Source: Burkholderiales bacterium
Lineage (GTDB): Bacteria; Pseudomonadota; Gammaproteobacteria; Burkholderiales; Burkholderiaceae_C
DNA length: 64,000 nt
Direction of reading: 5' to 3'
Assembly (NCBI GenBank): GCA_038244915.1
Contig: JBBRSZ010000008.1
Location: 41,636-105,635 of the forward strand
In this document: positions 36,210 to 46,345 of the stretch, one piece after another
How the letters are laid out: each line of letters opens with the position of its first letter
How positions within the stretch are numbered: position 1 is the first letter of the stretch
The notes under the pieces: model-generated
The model's database searches: none
The model's input: the letters and a program-made list of their open reading frames with translations, nothing else
What the model was told of the DNA's origin: nothing
Translations under genes and position numbers: made by a program

Positions 36210-36893
36210 ATGGCGACCGTGCGCCTCCAGCTCATTCCTGCCGTCGTGGCACTCGGACTGGCGCTTGCTGGTGGCGTTGTCGCCGCGGCCGAGTGCGAGG
36301 CGCCCCGGATTGCGCAAGGTCGCATCAACGCGGTGGTCAAGGCGGTCGGCGCCGAAAGCTACCAGATGGATCCGAGCGCGTGGGTCGCGCGGCTGACGTT
36401 CTCCGCTCCCGACGCGCCGCCTTTGGTGGAAACGATCTACGCGGGCGGCGACTCGCGCTTCGCGGACCGACTCATTGCCGAGGCCAGGCTGCTGCGCTCG
36501 CCGTGCGCCACGGCCGCCGCGCCGTTGACATCTCGGGAGTTCCGCTACGTGGGCGTGCGTTACGGCGGTTTCGAGAGATACAGGGCCGCCGAACCGCGAC
36601 TCAAGCGCGAGCTGCAGCTGACCGAACTCGTCCGGCTGATCAAGGACCTGAAGTCCCAACGCGTGAAATTCGACCTGCGCGAGATGGGTTGCCCGTTCAA
36701 GCTGCGATTCGCTCCGTTCCAGCCCTACCTGCCGAACGAGGTCGAAGAGCAGGTCCAGGGCGAGCCGTCCCGGGCGCCGCTGCTCGAGTGGCTGCGGACC
36801 ATCACCGTCGATATTCCAAAGGACATGATGCCGACCGCCATCGGGCGTGAATCGATGATCGCCGTGCCCTGCGCGGTCCTGGACCTTTCGTAG
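36210..36893 (+). CDS. hypothetical exported protein (four Cys) inserted between tkt and gap
   Basis: Signal peptide MATVRLQLIPAVVALGLALAGGVVAAA. No family recognised. The start is ATG 36210 or GTG 36204. Confidence 0.5.
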   Translation: MATVRLQLIPAVVALGLALAGGVVAAAECEAPRIAQGRINAVVKAVGAESYQMDPSAWVARLTFSAPDAPPLVETIYAGGDSRFADRLIAEARLLRSPCATAAAPLTSREFRYVGVRYGGFERYRAAEPRLKRELQLTELVRLIKDLKSQRVKFDLREMGCPFKLRFAPFQPYLPNEVEEQVQGEPSRAPLLEWLRTITVDIPKDMMPTAIGRESMIAVPCAVLDLS

Positions 36894-37916
<1,023 letters not shown>

Positions 37917-37929
37917 CGTGCGAGCGCTC

Positions 37930-38778
37930 ATGACCCATCCTTTCGCTGCCCCCGGCGTGCGCGCCGCCTCTTCGCTGCTGCTGCTGTTGCTGGCGGCACC
38001 TGTCCTCGCACAGACCCCGGCGGCCGCCGATCTGCCGCTCTGGGAGATCGGCGCGGTCGGCTTCGGCGTGTCGCAGCAGGCCTACCCCGGCGCCTCGGAA
38101 CAGGTGCGGCGCGCACTCGCGCTGCCCTACGTCATTTACCGTGGCAAATACCTGCGCGCCGATCGAGACAATGTCGGCGTACGCGTGGTCAACAAGGAGC
38201 GCTACGAACTCGATGTCGGCTTCGCCGGCGCCTTCGGTTCGCGCGCCAGCGACACCGAGGCGCGGCGCGGCATGCCGGAACTGGGCACCCTGGTCGAATT
38301 CGGTCCGCGCTTGAAGTGGAACCTCGGCGCCGCGCCGGGTGACGGCCGCCTGCGGGCCGATGTCGCGCTGCGCGGCGTGTTCGACCTGAGCAACAGCCTG
38401 CGCTACCAGGGCCTGTCGCTGGAGCCCCGGCTGGTCTACGAGCGGCGCGGCGAGGGCGGCTGGCGCTATGGCGCCAGCGTCGGTCCCTTGCTGGGCAACG
38501 GACGGCTGGCCGACACCTTCTACGGCGTGGCGCCCGCGTATGCGTTGCCGGACCGCCCGGCGTACGCGGCCAAGGCGGGCCTGATCGCCTGGCGCCTGGG
38601 CGTCAATGCCTCGCGCGAAGTGACGCCCGACCTGCGGCTGTTCGTGTTCGGGCGGCTCGACTCGGTGGCCGGCGCCGCCAATCGCGACAGCCCGCTGGTG
38701 CGCAAGACCAATGGCGGCAGCGTCGGCGTCGGCCTGAGCTACACCTTCGCCCGTTCCAGCCAGCGCGCCAACGACTGA
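37930..38778 (+). CDS. MipA/OmpV family outer-membrane protein
   Basis: Signal peptide ending in PVLAQ, then LWEIGAVGFGVSQQAYPGASEQVRRALALPYVIYRGKYLRADRD, typical of MipA. An alternative start is GTG 37918. Confidence 0.7.
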   Translation: MTHPFAAPGVRAASSLLLLLLAAPVLAQTPAAADLPLWEIGAVGFGVSQQAYPGASEQVRRALALPYVIYRGKYLRADRDNVGVRVVNKERYELDVGFAGAFGSRASDTEARRGMPELGTLVEFGPRLKWNLGAAPGDGRLRADVALRGVFDLSNSLRYQGLSLEPRLVYERRGEGGWRYGASVGPLLGNGRLADTFYGVAPAYALPDRPAYAAKAGLIAWRLGVNASREVTPDLRLFVFGRLDSVAGAANRDSPLVRKTNGGSVGVGLSYTFARSSQRAND

Positions 38779-38803
38779 GGGCCGCGAGCGGGAGCGTTCC
38801 CGC

Positions 38804-39628
38804 TCACGCCGGCGTATCGCCCTGCAGCGTGATGCGTTGCATCACTCGCCGGAAGCCGTGATAGTCGTTGACGGGGTTGTGCTGCACGCAGCGGTTGTCC
38901 CAGAACGCGATGCAGTTCGGCTCCCACACGAAGCGGCAGGTGAACTCTGGCTTGACCTGGTGTTCGAACAGGAAGCGCAGCAGCGGCACGCTTTCCTCGT
39001 CGGTCAGGCCCTTGATGCCGGCGGTGTGCGCGACGTTCACGTATAGCGCCTTGCGCCCGGTCTCTGGATGGGTGCGCACCACCGGGTGTTCGGCCCGGTA
39101 CTCCTTGGGCGCCTCCTGCTTGCCGCCTTCCTTGATCCGGTCCTCGCGGGTCTTGCTGACGTCGGCCTTGGCCGAACTGCTGATGCCGACCAGGCCCTGC
39201 AGCAGGCCTTTCATGGTGTCCGATAGCGCCTCGTAGGCCGCGTACTGGCTGGCGAACAGGGTGTCGCCGCCATAGGGCGGCACTTCACGCGACAGCAGCA
39301 TCGAGCCCATCGGCGGCCGGTCGAGGTAGGTGGTGTCGGAATGCCAGATGCCGCCGAAGTTGCTCTTCTCGTGCTCCAGCTTCTTGACTTCGATGATGTG
39401 CGGATAGCCGGCAATGCCTTTGACAAAGGGATACTCGACCGGCTCGCCCATGGCCCGGGCGAACTCCATGAACTGCGCCGGCGTGAGGTCCTGGCCGCGC
39501 AGGAAGATGACCTGATGCTCCAGCAACACGCTGCGGATCTCGGCGGCCAGCGCTGCGGGAATGCCCGCAGCCAGGGTCACGCCGGAGATTTCGGCGCCCA
39601 GCGCGCCGGCGATGCGTTTGACTTTCAT
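38804..39628 (-). CDS. TauD/TfdA-family Fe(II)/2-oxoglutarate dioxygenase
   Basis: ATG 39628. GAEISGVTL...QVIFLRGQDLTPAQ...GIWHSDTTY (HxD)...DNRCVQHNPVNDY. Length 274 aa. Confidence 0.85.
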   Translation of the reverse strand: MKVKRIAGALGAEISGVTLAAGIPAALAAEIRSVLLEHQVIFLRGQDLTPAQFMEFARAMGEPVEYPFVKGIAGYPHIIEVKKLEHEKSNFGGIWHSDTTYLDRPPMGSMLLSREVPPYGGDTLFASQYAAYEALSDTMKGLLQGLVGISSSAKADVSKTREDRIKEGGKQEAPKEYRAEHPVVRTHPETGRKALYVNVAHTAGIKGLTDEESVPLLRFLFEHQVKPEFTCRFVWEPNCIAFWDNRCVQHNPVNDYHGFRRVMQRITLQGDTPA

Positions 39629-39630
39629 GG

Positions 39631-40107
39631 TCAGTGATGATGCCCGTGCTCGCCGTGCACGTGGCGATGCGTGATCTCTTCCTCGCTGGCGGCGCGCACG
39701 CCGGTGACCTTGAGCGTGAACTTCAGCGCCTTGCCGGCCAGCGGGTGATTGGCGTCCAGCAGCACCTGCTGGCCCTTGATCTTCAGCACGTTGAACACCT
39801 GCTTGCGGCCATCGTCGGTATAGCCCTCGAGCTGGCCGCCGATCTTCACGCCCGGCGGGAAGTCGGCGCGCGAGATGGTCTTGGCCAGCCCTTCGTCGCG
39901 CTCGCCGAAGGCATCTGCCGGCTGCAGCGCCAGCGTCACCTGGTAACCGGCTTCCTTGCCGTCGAGCGCTTGCTCGATCTTGGGCAGCGTGTTCTCGTAG
40001 CCGCCATGCAGGTAGGTCATCGGCTGGTCGCTGGCGTCGATCAGCTTGCCCTGGGCATCGGCCACCCTGTAGTTCAGGGTGACCACGGAGTCTTTTGCGA
40101 TTTTCAT
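39631..40107 (-). CDS. slyD: FKBP-type peptidyl-prolyl isomerase SlyD with a His-rich tail
   Basis: MKIAKDSVVTLNYRVADAQGKLIDAS...HPLAGKALKFTLKVTGVR...HRHVHGEHGHHH. Confidence 0.85.
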   Translation of the reverse strand: MKIAKDSVVTLNYRVADAQGKLIDASDQPMTYLHGGYENTLPKIEQALDGKEAGYQVTLALQPADAFGERDEGLAKTISRADFPPGVKIGGQLEGYTDDGRKQVFNVLKIKGQQVLLDANHPLAGKALKFTLKVTGVRAASEEEITHRHVHGEHGHHH

Positions 40108-40160
40108 GCCGCGATTCTGCCGTGGAACGGCGACCGGAGCCGGGCCGCGACAATGGCGCC

Positions 40161-40931
40161 ATGCAGCAAACCGATCCATCCATCGTGGCCGACGCCCTGC
40201 TCGCGGCCCGCCGCTCCCACTCGCCTGCCGACGCACTGGCCCTCGCCGAGCGCCTGACCACCCCGGCCGAGGCCTATGCGGTCCAGGCCCTGGTGGCGCA
40301 TGGCATGCGAGCCGATGACTCCGCCTTTCCAGGGGCCTGGAAATCGGGTGGACCCTCGCGCACGGCCGATTCCACCCATGCCCCGCTGCCGGCCAACGGT
40401 GTGTGGGCCAGTCCGGCAGACGCCAGCGGCTGGCCGTTCAAGCTGCGCCTGATCGAGGTGGAGATCGCCTTGCGACTGGGCCGGGCCGTGACCGCCGCCG
40501 AGGCGGCTGCGCTGACGCATGAGAACGCGCCGGCCCTGGTCGACGCCATGACGGTGTCGATCGAGATCGTCGATTCGCGCTGGCAGCAAGGCGTGGCGGC
40601 GCCGGCGCTGCTCAAGCTCGCGGACCTGCAGTCGCACGGCGCGCTGGTGCTGGGGAGCTGGGTAGCGTTCGCACCGCGCGACTGGGCGGCGCAGGCCTGC
40701 ACCGTGCAGATCGGCGCCGGCGCGGCGCGGGAGTTCCGCGGCACCCATTCCATGGCCGACCCGGCCTGGGTGCTGCCGGCTTGGCTGCGCCACGCGACGC
40801 GCGATGGCGCGACCGCACCGGCCGGCTCTTTGGTGACCACCGGCACCTGGTGCGGCATGCTGCCGGCCGCCGCCGGCGACCGGGTGACGGCGCGCTTCGC
40901 CGGCATCGGCGACGCCTCGGTCCAGCTCTAG
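40161..40931 (+). CDS. 2-keto-4-pentenoate hydratase (MhpD/HpcG) family protein
   Basis: AEAYAVQ...WKSGG...EVEIALRLGR...SIEIVDSRW...ADLQSHGALVLG...LVTTGTW follows the family pattern. Confidence 0.6.
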   Translation: MQQTDPSIVADALLAARRSHSPADALALAERLTTPAEAYAVQALVAHGMRADDSAFPGAWKSGGPSRTADSTHAPLPANGVWASPADASGWPFKLRLIEVEIALRLGRAVTAAEAAALTHENAPALVDAMTVSIEIVDSRWQQGVAAPALLKLADLQSHGALVLGSWVAFAPRDWAAQACTVQIGAGAAREFRGTHSMADPAWVLPAWLRHATRDGATAPAGSLVTTGTWCGMLPAAAGDRVTARFAGIGDASVQL

Positions 40932-40954
40932 CCCGCTGGCCCGCCAGACGGTCA

Positions 40955-40975
40955 TCGACATTAGTGTAAACACTG
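40955..40975. promoter_or_regulatory. 21-bp AT-rich element with 5-2-5 palindromic core (candidate GntR/FadR-type operator), copy 1
   Basis: TCGACATTAGTGTAAACACTG is the exact reverse complement of 58891-58911. The core is AGTGT-AA-ACACT. Two TTGACG boxes follow at 40979 and 40991. Confidence 0.5.
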
Positions 40976-40994
40976 GTGTTGACGATCTTGTTGA

Positions 40995-41156
40995 CGACTA
41001 AAGTTGAAGCCGTTCGGCGTGCCAATCGTGGTCGGCCTGATCGTGCAGTCGACCGGCTCGTACTTTCTGGCGCTGATGCTGTTCGCCGCCGCCGGCGCGG
41101 GCCTGTTCATCTGTTCGACAATGCTGATCGACTACAGCAAGAAGTTGCCGGTCTGA
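40995..41156 (+). pseudogene. C-terminal remnant of an MFS (ACS/galactonate-type) transporter gene
   Basis: The reading frame that opens just after TGA 40992-40994 reads RLKLKPFGVPIVVGLIVQSTGSYFLALMLFAAAGAGLFICSTMLIDYSKKLPV*. This looks like the last TM helix and tail of an MFS protein. There is no start codon and no upstream body. Confidence 0.45.
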
Positions 41157-41172
41157 AGCCGCCGACACCACC

Positions 41173-41901
41173 ATGACGAAACACAAGCGCATCGGCGTAT
41201 TGACGCCTTCCTCCAACACGGCGCTGGAGCCGCTGACCAGCGCCATGGTCAGCGGCATCCCAGGCGTCACGGCCCATTTCTCGCGCTTCGGCGTCACCGA
41301 GATCTCGCTGCGCGACCAGTCGACCAACCAGTTCGACGACAGCCTGATCCTGCAGGCTGCGCGCCTGCTGGCCGACGCGCATGTGGACGTGATCTGCTGG
41401 AGCGGCACCTCGGCCAGCTGGCTGGGCTTCGAGCGCGACCGCCAGCTGTGCGCGCGCATCACCGAGGCCACCGGCATCCCGGCCACCACCTCGGTGCTGG
41501 CGCTCAATGAACTGTTGGCCGCGCAGGGCGCCCGTACCCTGGGCCTGGTCTCGCCCTACGTCGACGACGTGCAGCAGCGCATCATCGCCAACTACCGCGC
41601 CATCGGCATCGAATGCGTGGCCGAGAGCCACCTGGGCATCACCGTCAATTTCGACTTCGGGCTGGTCGCACCCGAAACGCTCAGCCGCATGCTGCGGGAG
41701 GTCGCGGCGGCGCGGCCCGACGCCATGACCGTGATGTGCACCAATCTCCACGGCGCCCAGCTGGTGGACGAACTGGAGCGCGAGCTCGGCATCCCGATCT
41801 ACGACTCGGTGTCCACCGTGGTCTGGAAGGCGCTGCAGCTGGTCGGCGCCGACACCCGCGAGTTGCGCGGCTGGGGCCGGATGTTCGGCCCGCCGGCCTA
41901 A
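41173..41901 (+). CDS. maleate cis-trans isomerase / arylmalonate decarboxylase family (Asp/Glu racemase superfamily)
   Basis: RIGVLTPSSNTALEP...ICWSGTSASW...LGLVSPY...VMCTNL shows the two catalytic Cys contexts typical of maleate isomerase. Confidence 0.7.
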   Translation: MTKHKRIGVLTPSSNTALEPLTSAMVSGIPGVTAHFSRFGVTEISLRDQSTNQFDDSLILQAARLLADAHVDVICWSGTSASWLGFERDRQLCARITEATGIPATTSVLALNELLAAQGARTLGLVSPYVDDVQQRIIANYRAIGIECVAESHLGITVNFDFGLVAPETLSRMLREVAAARPDAMTVMCTNLHGAQLVDELERELGIPIYDSVSTVVWKALQLVGADTRELRGWGRMFGPPA

Positions 41902-43316
41902 ACGCTCGCGATCCGCATCAGGTTGGTGGTGCCGGGTGTGCCGAAGGGCATGCCGGCGATGATGACGATGCACTGGCCGGCCGCGGCAAACTGCTCAGCG
42001 CGGGCCACCTTGCGCGCGACCTGGGCCATTTCCTCGGCACTTGCCACGTCCTCGATGTGAACGGAATGCACACCCCACACCAGCGCCAGCCGGCGCGCGG
42101 TCGGCAGGCTGGGTGTCAGGCTCAGCACCGGCGATTCCGGCCGCTCGCGCGCCGCCCGCAGGCTGGTGTGGCCGGAACTGGTGAAGCAGACGATGGCGCT
42201 GGCGTGCAGCAATGACACGGCGTGGCGCATCGCGCAGCACACCGCCTCGGCGACATCGCCGCCGGGCCGGGCCTCGGTGTGGGAGGCTTCCATGAACTGT
42301 CGGTACAGCGGGTCGGCCTCGACCTCCTCGATGATGCGGTTCATCATCTGCACCGCCTCGACCGGATACTTGCCGGATGCGGATTCCGCCGACAGCATCA
42401 CGGCGTCGGCGCCGTCGTAGATGGCGGTGGCGACGTCGGACGCCTCGGCCCGGGTCGGCACCGGGCTGTCGACCATCGATTCGAGCATCTGGGTGGCAAC
42501 CACCACCGGCACGCCGAGCCGGCGGCAGCTGCGCACGATGCGCTTCTGGATCGCCGGCACACGTTCGGCCGGCAGTTCCACGCCCAGGTCGCCGCGGGCC
42601 ACCATCACCGCGTCGGACAACGCGACGATCTCGTCGAGGCAGTCGATGGCCTGCGGTTTTTCCAGCTTGCAGATGATGGCGGCGCGGTCGCCGATCAGCT
42701 CGCGCGCCTCCTGCACGTCCTGCGGCCGCTGCACGAACGACAGGGCGATCCAGTCGGCGCCGAGTTCCAGCGCCAGCGCCAGGTCGACCCGGTCCTTGGC
42801 CGTCAGCGCGGTGACCGGCAGCAGCACGCCGGGCACGTTGACGCCCTTGCGTTCCGACAGCTTGCCGCCCACCGCGACCCGTGTCTGCGCGAAGTCGGCC
42901 CCGCAGCGTTCGACCACCAGCCGCAGCTTGCCGTCGTCGAGCAGCAGCTCGGCGCCGGGTTCCAGCGCGGCGAAGATCTCGGGGTGCGGCAGGCCGACGC
43001 GGCTGGAATTTCCGGGGCGGGGGTCGAGGTCGAGGCGAAAGGCCTGGCCCGGCGCCAGCTGCACCGGCCCCTCGGCAAACGTGCCCACTCGCAGCTTCGG
43101 TCCCTGCAGGTCGGCCAGGATCGCGATCGGCCGGCCGGTTTCCCGCTCCAGTTCACGCAGCACGGCAAAGCGGGCGCGATGGTCGTCCGCGCTGCCATGG
43201 CTGAAGTTCAGCCGGAACACATCCACGCCTGCCATGAACAGCTGGCGGACGGTGTCCTTGTCCGAGCTGGCGGGTCCCAGCGTGGCGACGATCTTGGCGT
43301 TTCGATTTCTGCGCAT
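41898..43316 (-). CDS. pyk: pyruvate kinase
   Basis: RNAKIVATLGPASS...FRLNFSHG...LQGPKLR...MVARGDLGVE...ATQMLESM. Confidence 0.9.
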   Translation of the reverse strand: MRRNRNAKIVATLGPASSDKDTVRQLFMAGVDVFRLNFSHGSADDHRARFAVLRELERETGRPIAILADLQGPKLRVGTFAEGPVQLAPGQAFRLDLDPRPGNSSRVGLPHPEIFAALEPGAELLLDDGKLRLVVERCGADFAQTRVAVGGKLSERKGVNVPGVLLPVTALTAKDRVDLALALELGADWIALSFVQRPQDVQEARELIGDRAAIICKLEKPQAIDCLDEIVALSDAVMVARGDLGVELPAERVPAIQKRIVRSCRRLGVPVVVATQMLESMVDSPVPTRAEASDVATAIYDGADAVMLSAESASGKYPVEAVQMMNRIIEEVEADPLYRQFMEASHTEARPGGDVAEAVCCAMRHAVSLLHASAIVCFTSSGHTSLRAARERPESPVLSLTPSLPTARRLALVWGVHSVHIEDVASAEEMAQVARKVARAEQFAAAGQCIVIIAGMPFGTPGTTNLMRIASV

Positions 43317-43319
43317 GGT

Positions 43320-44621
43320 CTAGGGTGGTTGTGGCGCATCGATGAGGATGGCGCGGAAGTCGTTCACGTTGGTCAGCGTCGGGCCGGTGACCACCGAATC
43401 CCCGAGCGCCTGAAAGAAGGAATGGCCGTCGTTGTCGGCCAGCCGCTCGCGCGGCGAGAGTGCGAGGGCGCGGGCGCGCGCCAGGCTGTCGGGCGCCAGC
43501 CGGGCGCCGGCGATCTCCTCCTGGCCGTCGACGCCATCGGTGTCGCCGGCCAGCGCATGGATGCGGGGGTGGCCGTTCAATGCCAGGCCCAGCGACAGCA
43601 GAAATTCCACGTTGCGTCCGCCGCGCCCCTGGCCACGCACGGTGACCGTGGTTTCGCCTCCCGAGAGCAGCACGCAGGGCGGCGCCACCGGCTGGTCGCG
43701 CGCGGCCACCTGCCTGGCGATGCCGGCCAGCACCGTGCCGACGTCGCGCGCTTCGCCCTCGAGCGCATCGCCGAGGATGAAAGGCGCGTGGCCGGCTTCG
43801 CGCGCCACGGCGGCTGCGGCTTCCAGCGCCAGCTGCGGCGTCGCGATGATGCGGGTCTCGGCGCGCGCCAGTCGGGCGTCGCCCGGCTTGACCGACTCGC
43901 CGCGGCCGCTGGCCAGCAGCTCGCGCACATGTGCCGGCAAGCCAATGCCGTACCGGCGCACAACGGCCAGCGCGTCCTCGCAGGTGGTCGGGTCGGCCAC
44001 CGTGGGCCCGGAAGCGATGTTGATCGGGTCGTCGCCCGGTACATCCGAGATCAACAGAGTCAGCACGCGTGCCGGGTGGCAGGCCGCGGCCAGCCGGCCG
44101 CCCTTGATAGCGGACAGGTGCCGCCGGACACAGTTCATCTCGCCGATGGTGGCGCCGCACTGGAGCAGCGCCCGGTTGATGGCTTGCTTGTCGTCCAGCG
44201 TCAATCCCGGCGCCGGCAGCGGCAGCAGGGACGAGCCGCCGCCCGAGATCAGGCACAGCACCAGGTCGTCCGGGCTCAGGCCCTGGACCATGTCGAGCGT
44301 CCGGCGGGCGGCAGCCAGGCCGGTGGCATCCGGCACCGGGTGCGCGGCTTCGACGATCTCAATGCGTTCGCACGGCACGGCGTATCCGTCACGGGTCACC
44401 ACCAGCCCGGACAGCGGTCCGGGCCAATGGTCTTCGACGGCGCGCGCCATCGCCGCCGACGCCTTGCCGGCACCGACCACGATCAGCCGGCCGCGGCCCA
44501 GCGACTGCGGCTCGGGCAGGTGCGGCGGAACGCAGAGCGACGGCTGGGCCGAGGCGATCGCGGCGTCGAACATGCGCCGCAGCAGTAGCTGCGCCCGCGT
44601 TGATGCACTGCGGTCATGCAA
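43320..44621 (-). CDS. ttuD: glycerate 2-kinase / hydroxypyruvate reductase family (MOFRL, TtuD-type)
   Basis: LLRRMFDAAIASAQP...LIVVGAGKASAAMA...CLISGGGSSLL...RHLSAIKGG...LLSGGETTVTV...GGRN. The start is uncertain: TTG 44621 overlaps the glxR stop, and ATG 44699 or the internal ATG are alternatives. Confidence 0.8.
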   Translation of the reverse strand: MHDRSASTRAQLLLRRMFDAAIASAQPSLCVPPHLPEPQSLGRGRLIVVGAGKASAAMARAVEDHWPGPLSGLVVTRDGYAVPCERIEIVEAAHPVPDATGLAAARRTLDMVQGLSPDDLVLCLISGGGSSLLPLPAPGLTLDDKQAINRALLQCGATIGEMNCVRRHLSAIKGGRLAAACHPARVLTLLISDVPGDDPINIASGPTVADPTTCEDALAVVRRYGIGLPAHVRELLASGRGESVKPGDARLARAETRIIATPQLALEAAAAVAREAGHAPFILGDALEGEARDVGTVLAGIARQVAARDQPVAPPCVLLSGGETTVTVRGQGRGGRNVEFLLSLGLALNGHPRIHALAGDTDGVDGQEEIAGARLAPDSLARARALALSPRERLADNDGHSFFQALGDSVVTGPTLTNVNDFRAILIDAPQPP

Positions 44622-45519
44622 GCTGCTGCCCGATCTCGAAGTTCGCCAGCTTCTCGAGCGCCCGCACCATGGCCGAGTGATCCCAGGCCGCGCCGCCATG
44701 CGCGGCGCAGGCGTTGAACAGCTCCTGTGCGGTGGCGGTGTTGGGCAGCGCCACGCCGAGCTCGCGTGCGCTGGACAGCGCCAGGTTCAGGTCCTTCTGG
44801 TGCAGCGCGATGCGAAAGCCCGGATCGAAGGTGCGCTTGATCATGCGGTCGCCATGCACCTCCAGGATCTTGGACGATGCGAAGCCGCCCATCAGGGCCT
44901 GGCGCACCCGCGCCGGATCGGCACCGGCCTTGGCCGCGAACAGCAGGGCCTCGGCGACCGCCTCGATGTTGAGCGCGACGATGATCTGGTTGGCCACCTT
45001 CGCGGTCTGGCCGTCGCCGTTGCCGCCCACCAGCGTGATGTTCTTGCCCATCAACTCGAACAACGGCTTGATCCGCGCGAACGTCGCTTCGGGGCCACCG
45101 ACCATGATCGACAGCGTGGCGTTCTTCGCGCCCAGCTCGCCGCCCGACACCGGCGCATCCAGGTAGTCGCAGCCCAGGGCGTTGATCTTCCCGGCCAACA
45201 CCTTGGTCGCGATCGGCGAGATCGAACTCATGTCGACCACCACCTTGCCCTTGCTCAGGCCAGCGGCAATACCGTTGTCGCCGAACAGAACCGTCTCCAC
45301 ATCGGGCGTGTCGGGCACCATGGTGAAGACGACGTCGGCGCGCTCGGCCACGCCACGGGCGTTGGTGCATTGGGTGGCGCTGCTGCTCGCGACAGCTGGT
45401 GGCATCTTGCCGCGGGTAAAGACGAACAGCTGGTGGCCGGCCTGGATCAGGTGGCCCGCCATCGGCGCGCCCATGATGCCCAGGCCGATGAAACCGATCT
45501 TGAGGGGTTGGGAAGTCAT
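44614..45519 (-). CDS. glxR: 2-hydroxy-3-oxopropionate (tartronate semialdehyde) reductase
   Basis: ATG 45519. KIGFIGLGIMGAPMAGHL...DAPVSGG...GNGDGQTAKVANQ. Length 301 aa. Confidence 0.85.
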   Translation of the reverse strand: MTSQPLKIGFIGLGIMGAPMAGHLIQAGHQLFVFTRGKMPPAVASSSATQCTNARGVAERADVVFTMVPDTPDVETVLFGDNGIAAGLSKGKVVVDMSSISPIATKVLAGKINALGCDYLDAPVSGGELGAKNATLSIMVGGPEATFARIKPLFELMGKNITLVGGNGDGQTAKVANQIIVALNIEAVAEALLFAAKAGADPARVRQALMGGFASSKILEVHGDRMIKRTFDPGFRIALHQKDLNLALSSARELGVALPNTATAQELFNACAAHGGAAWDHSAMVRALEKLANFEIGQQLA

Positions 45520-45547
45520 GCGGTTGTTCCTTGGAAGACGTTGGGCT

Positions 45548-46327
45548 TTACAGGGCCAGGCGCTGGCGCCAGCCCAGCCCGGCCTCGGTGGTCGACGCCG
45601 GCTTGTATTCGCAGCCGATCCAGCCGCGGTAGCCGATGCGATCGAGGTGGGCGAACAGGAAGGCGTAGTTGATCTCGCCGGTGCCCGGCTCGTTGCGTCC
45701 GGGGTTGTCGGCCAGCTGGATGTGGCCGATGCGCGCCAGCTGCTTTTGCATCGTGGCCGCCAGTTCGCCTTCCATGCGCTGGGCGTGGTAGATGTCGTAC
45801 TGGACGAAGGCATTGGCGGCGCCCACGTCGTTGAGGATCTCGAGCGCCTGCGCCGTGCGAGTCAGATAGAAGCCCGGGATGTCGTAACTGTTGATCGGCT
45901 CGATCAGCAGCCGCAGGCCGGCCTGCTCAAGTTCCCTGGCGGCGAACTTCAGGTTCGCCACCAGCGTCGAGCGCAGCAATTCCTGGTCGGCACCCGCCGG
46001 CACCTTGCCGGCCAGGCAGTTGAGTTGCGGCACGCCCAGGGCCAGGGCGTATTCGATGGCCTGGCCGACGCCGGCCCGGAATTCGGCCTCGCGGCCGGGC
46101 AGGCAGGCGATGCCGCGCTCGCCGCCCTCCCAGTCGCCGGCCGGCAGGTTGTGCAGCACCAGCGCCAGCCGGTGGGCGTCGAGCCGCGCGCGGATGTCGA
46201 TTGCCGCGAAGCCATAGGGAAACAGGAACTCGACGGCCTCGAAGCCGGCCCTGGCGGCCCGCTCGAATCGGTCGAGGAACGGCACCTCGGTGAACAGCAT
46301 CGTGAGGTTGGCTGCGAATCTGGGCAT
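45548..46327 (-). CDS. hyi: hydroxypyruvate isomerase
   Basis: [38 protein letters not shown], positioned between gcl and glxR. Confidence 0.88.
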   Translation of the reverse strand: MPRFAANLTMLFTEVPFLDRFERAARAGFEAVEFLFPYGFAAIDIRARLDAHRLALVLHNLPAGDWEGGERGIACLPGREAEFRAGVGQAIEYALALGVPQLNCLAGKVPAGADQELLRSTLVANLKFAARELEQAGLRLLIEPINSYDIPGFYLTRTAQALEILNDVGAANAFVQYDIYHAQRMEGELAATMQKQLARIGHIQLADNPGRNEPGTGEINYAFLFAHLDRIGYRGWIGCEYKPASTTEAGLGWRQRLAL

Positions 46328-46345
46328 GCTTGCTCCGTGGTCGGG

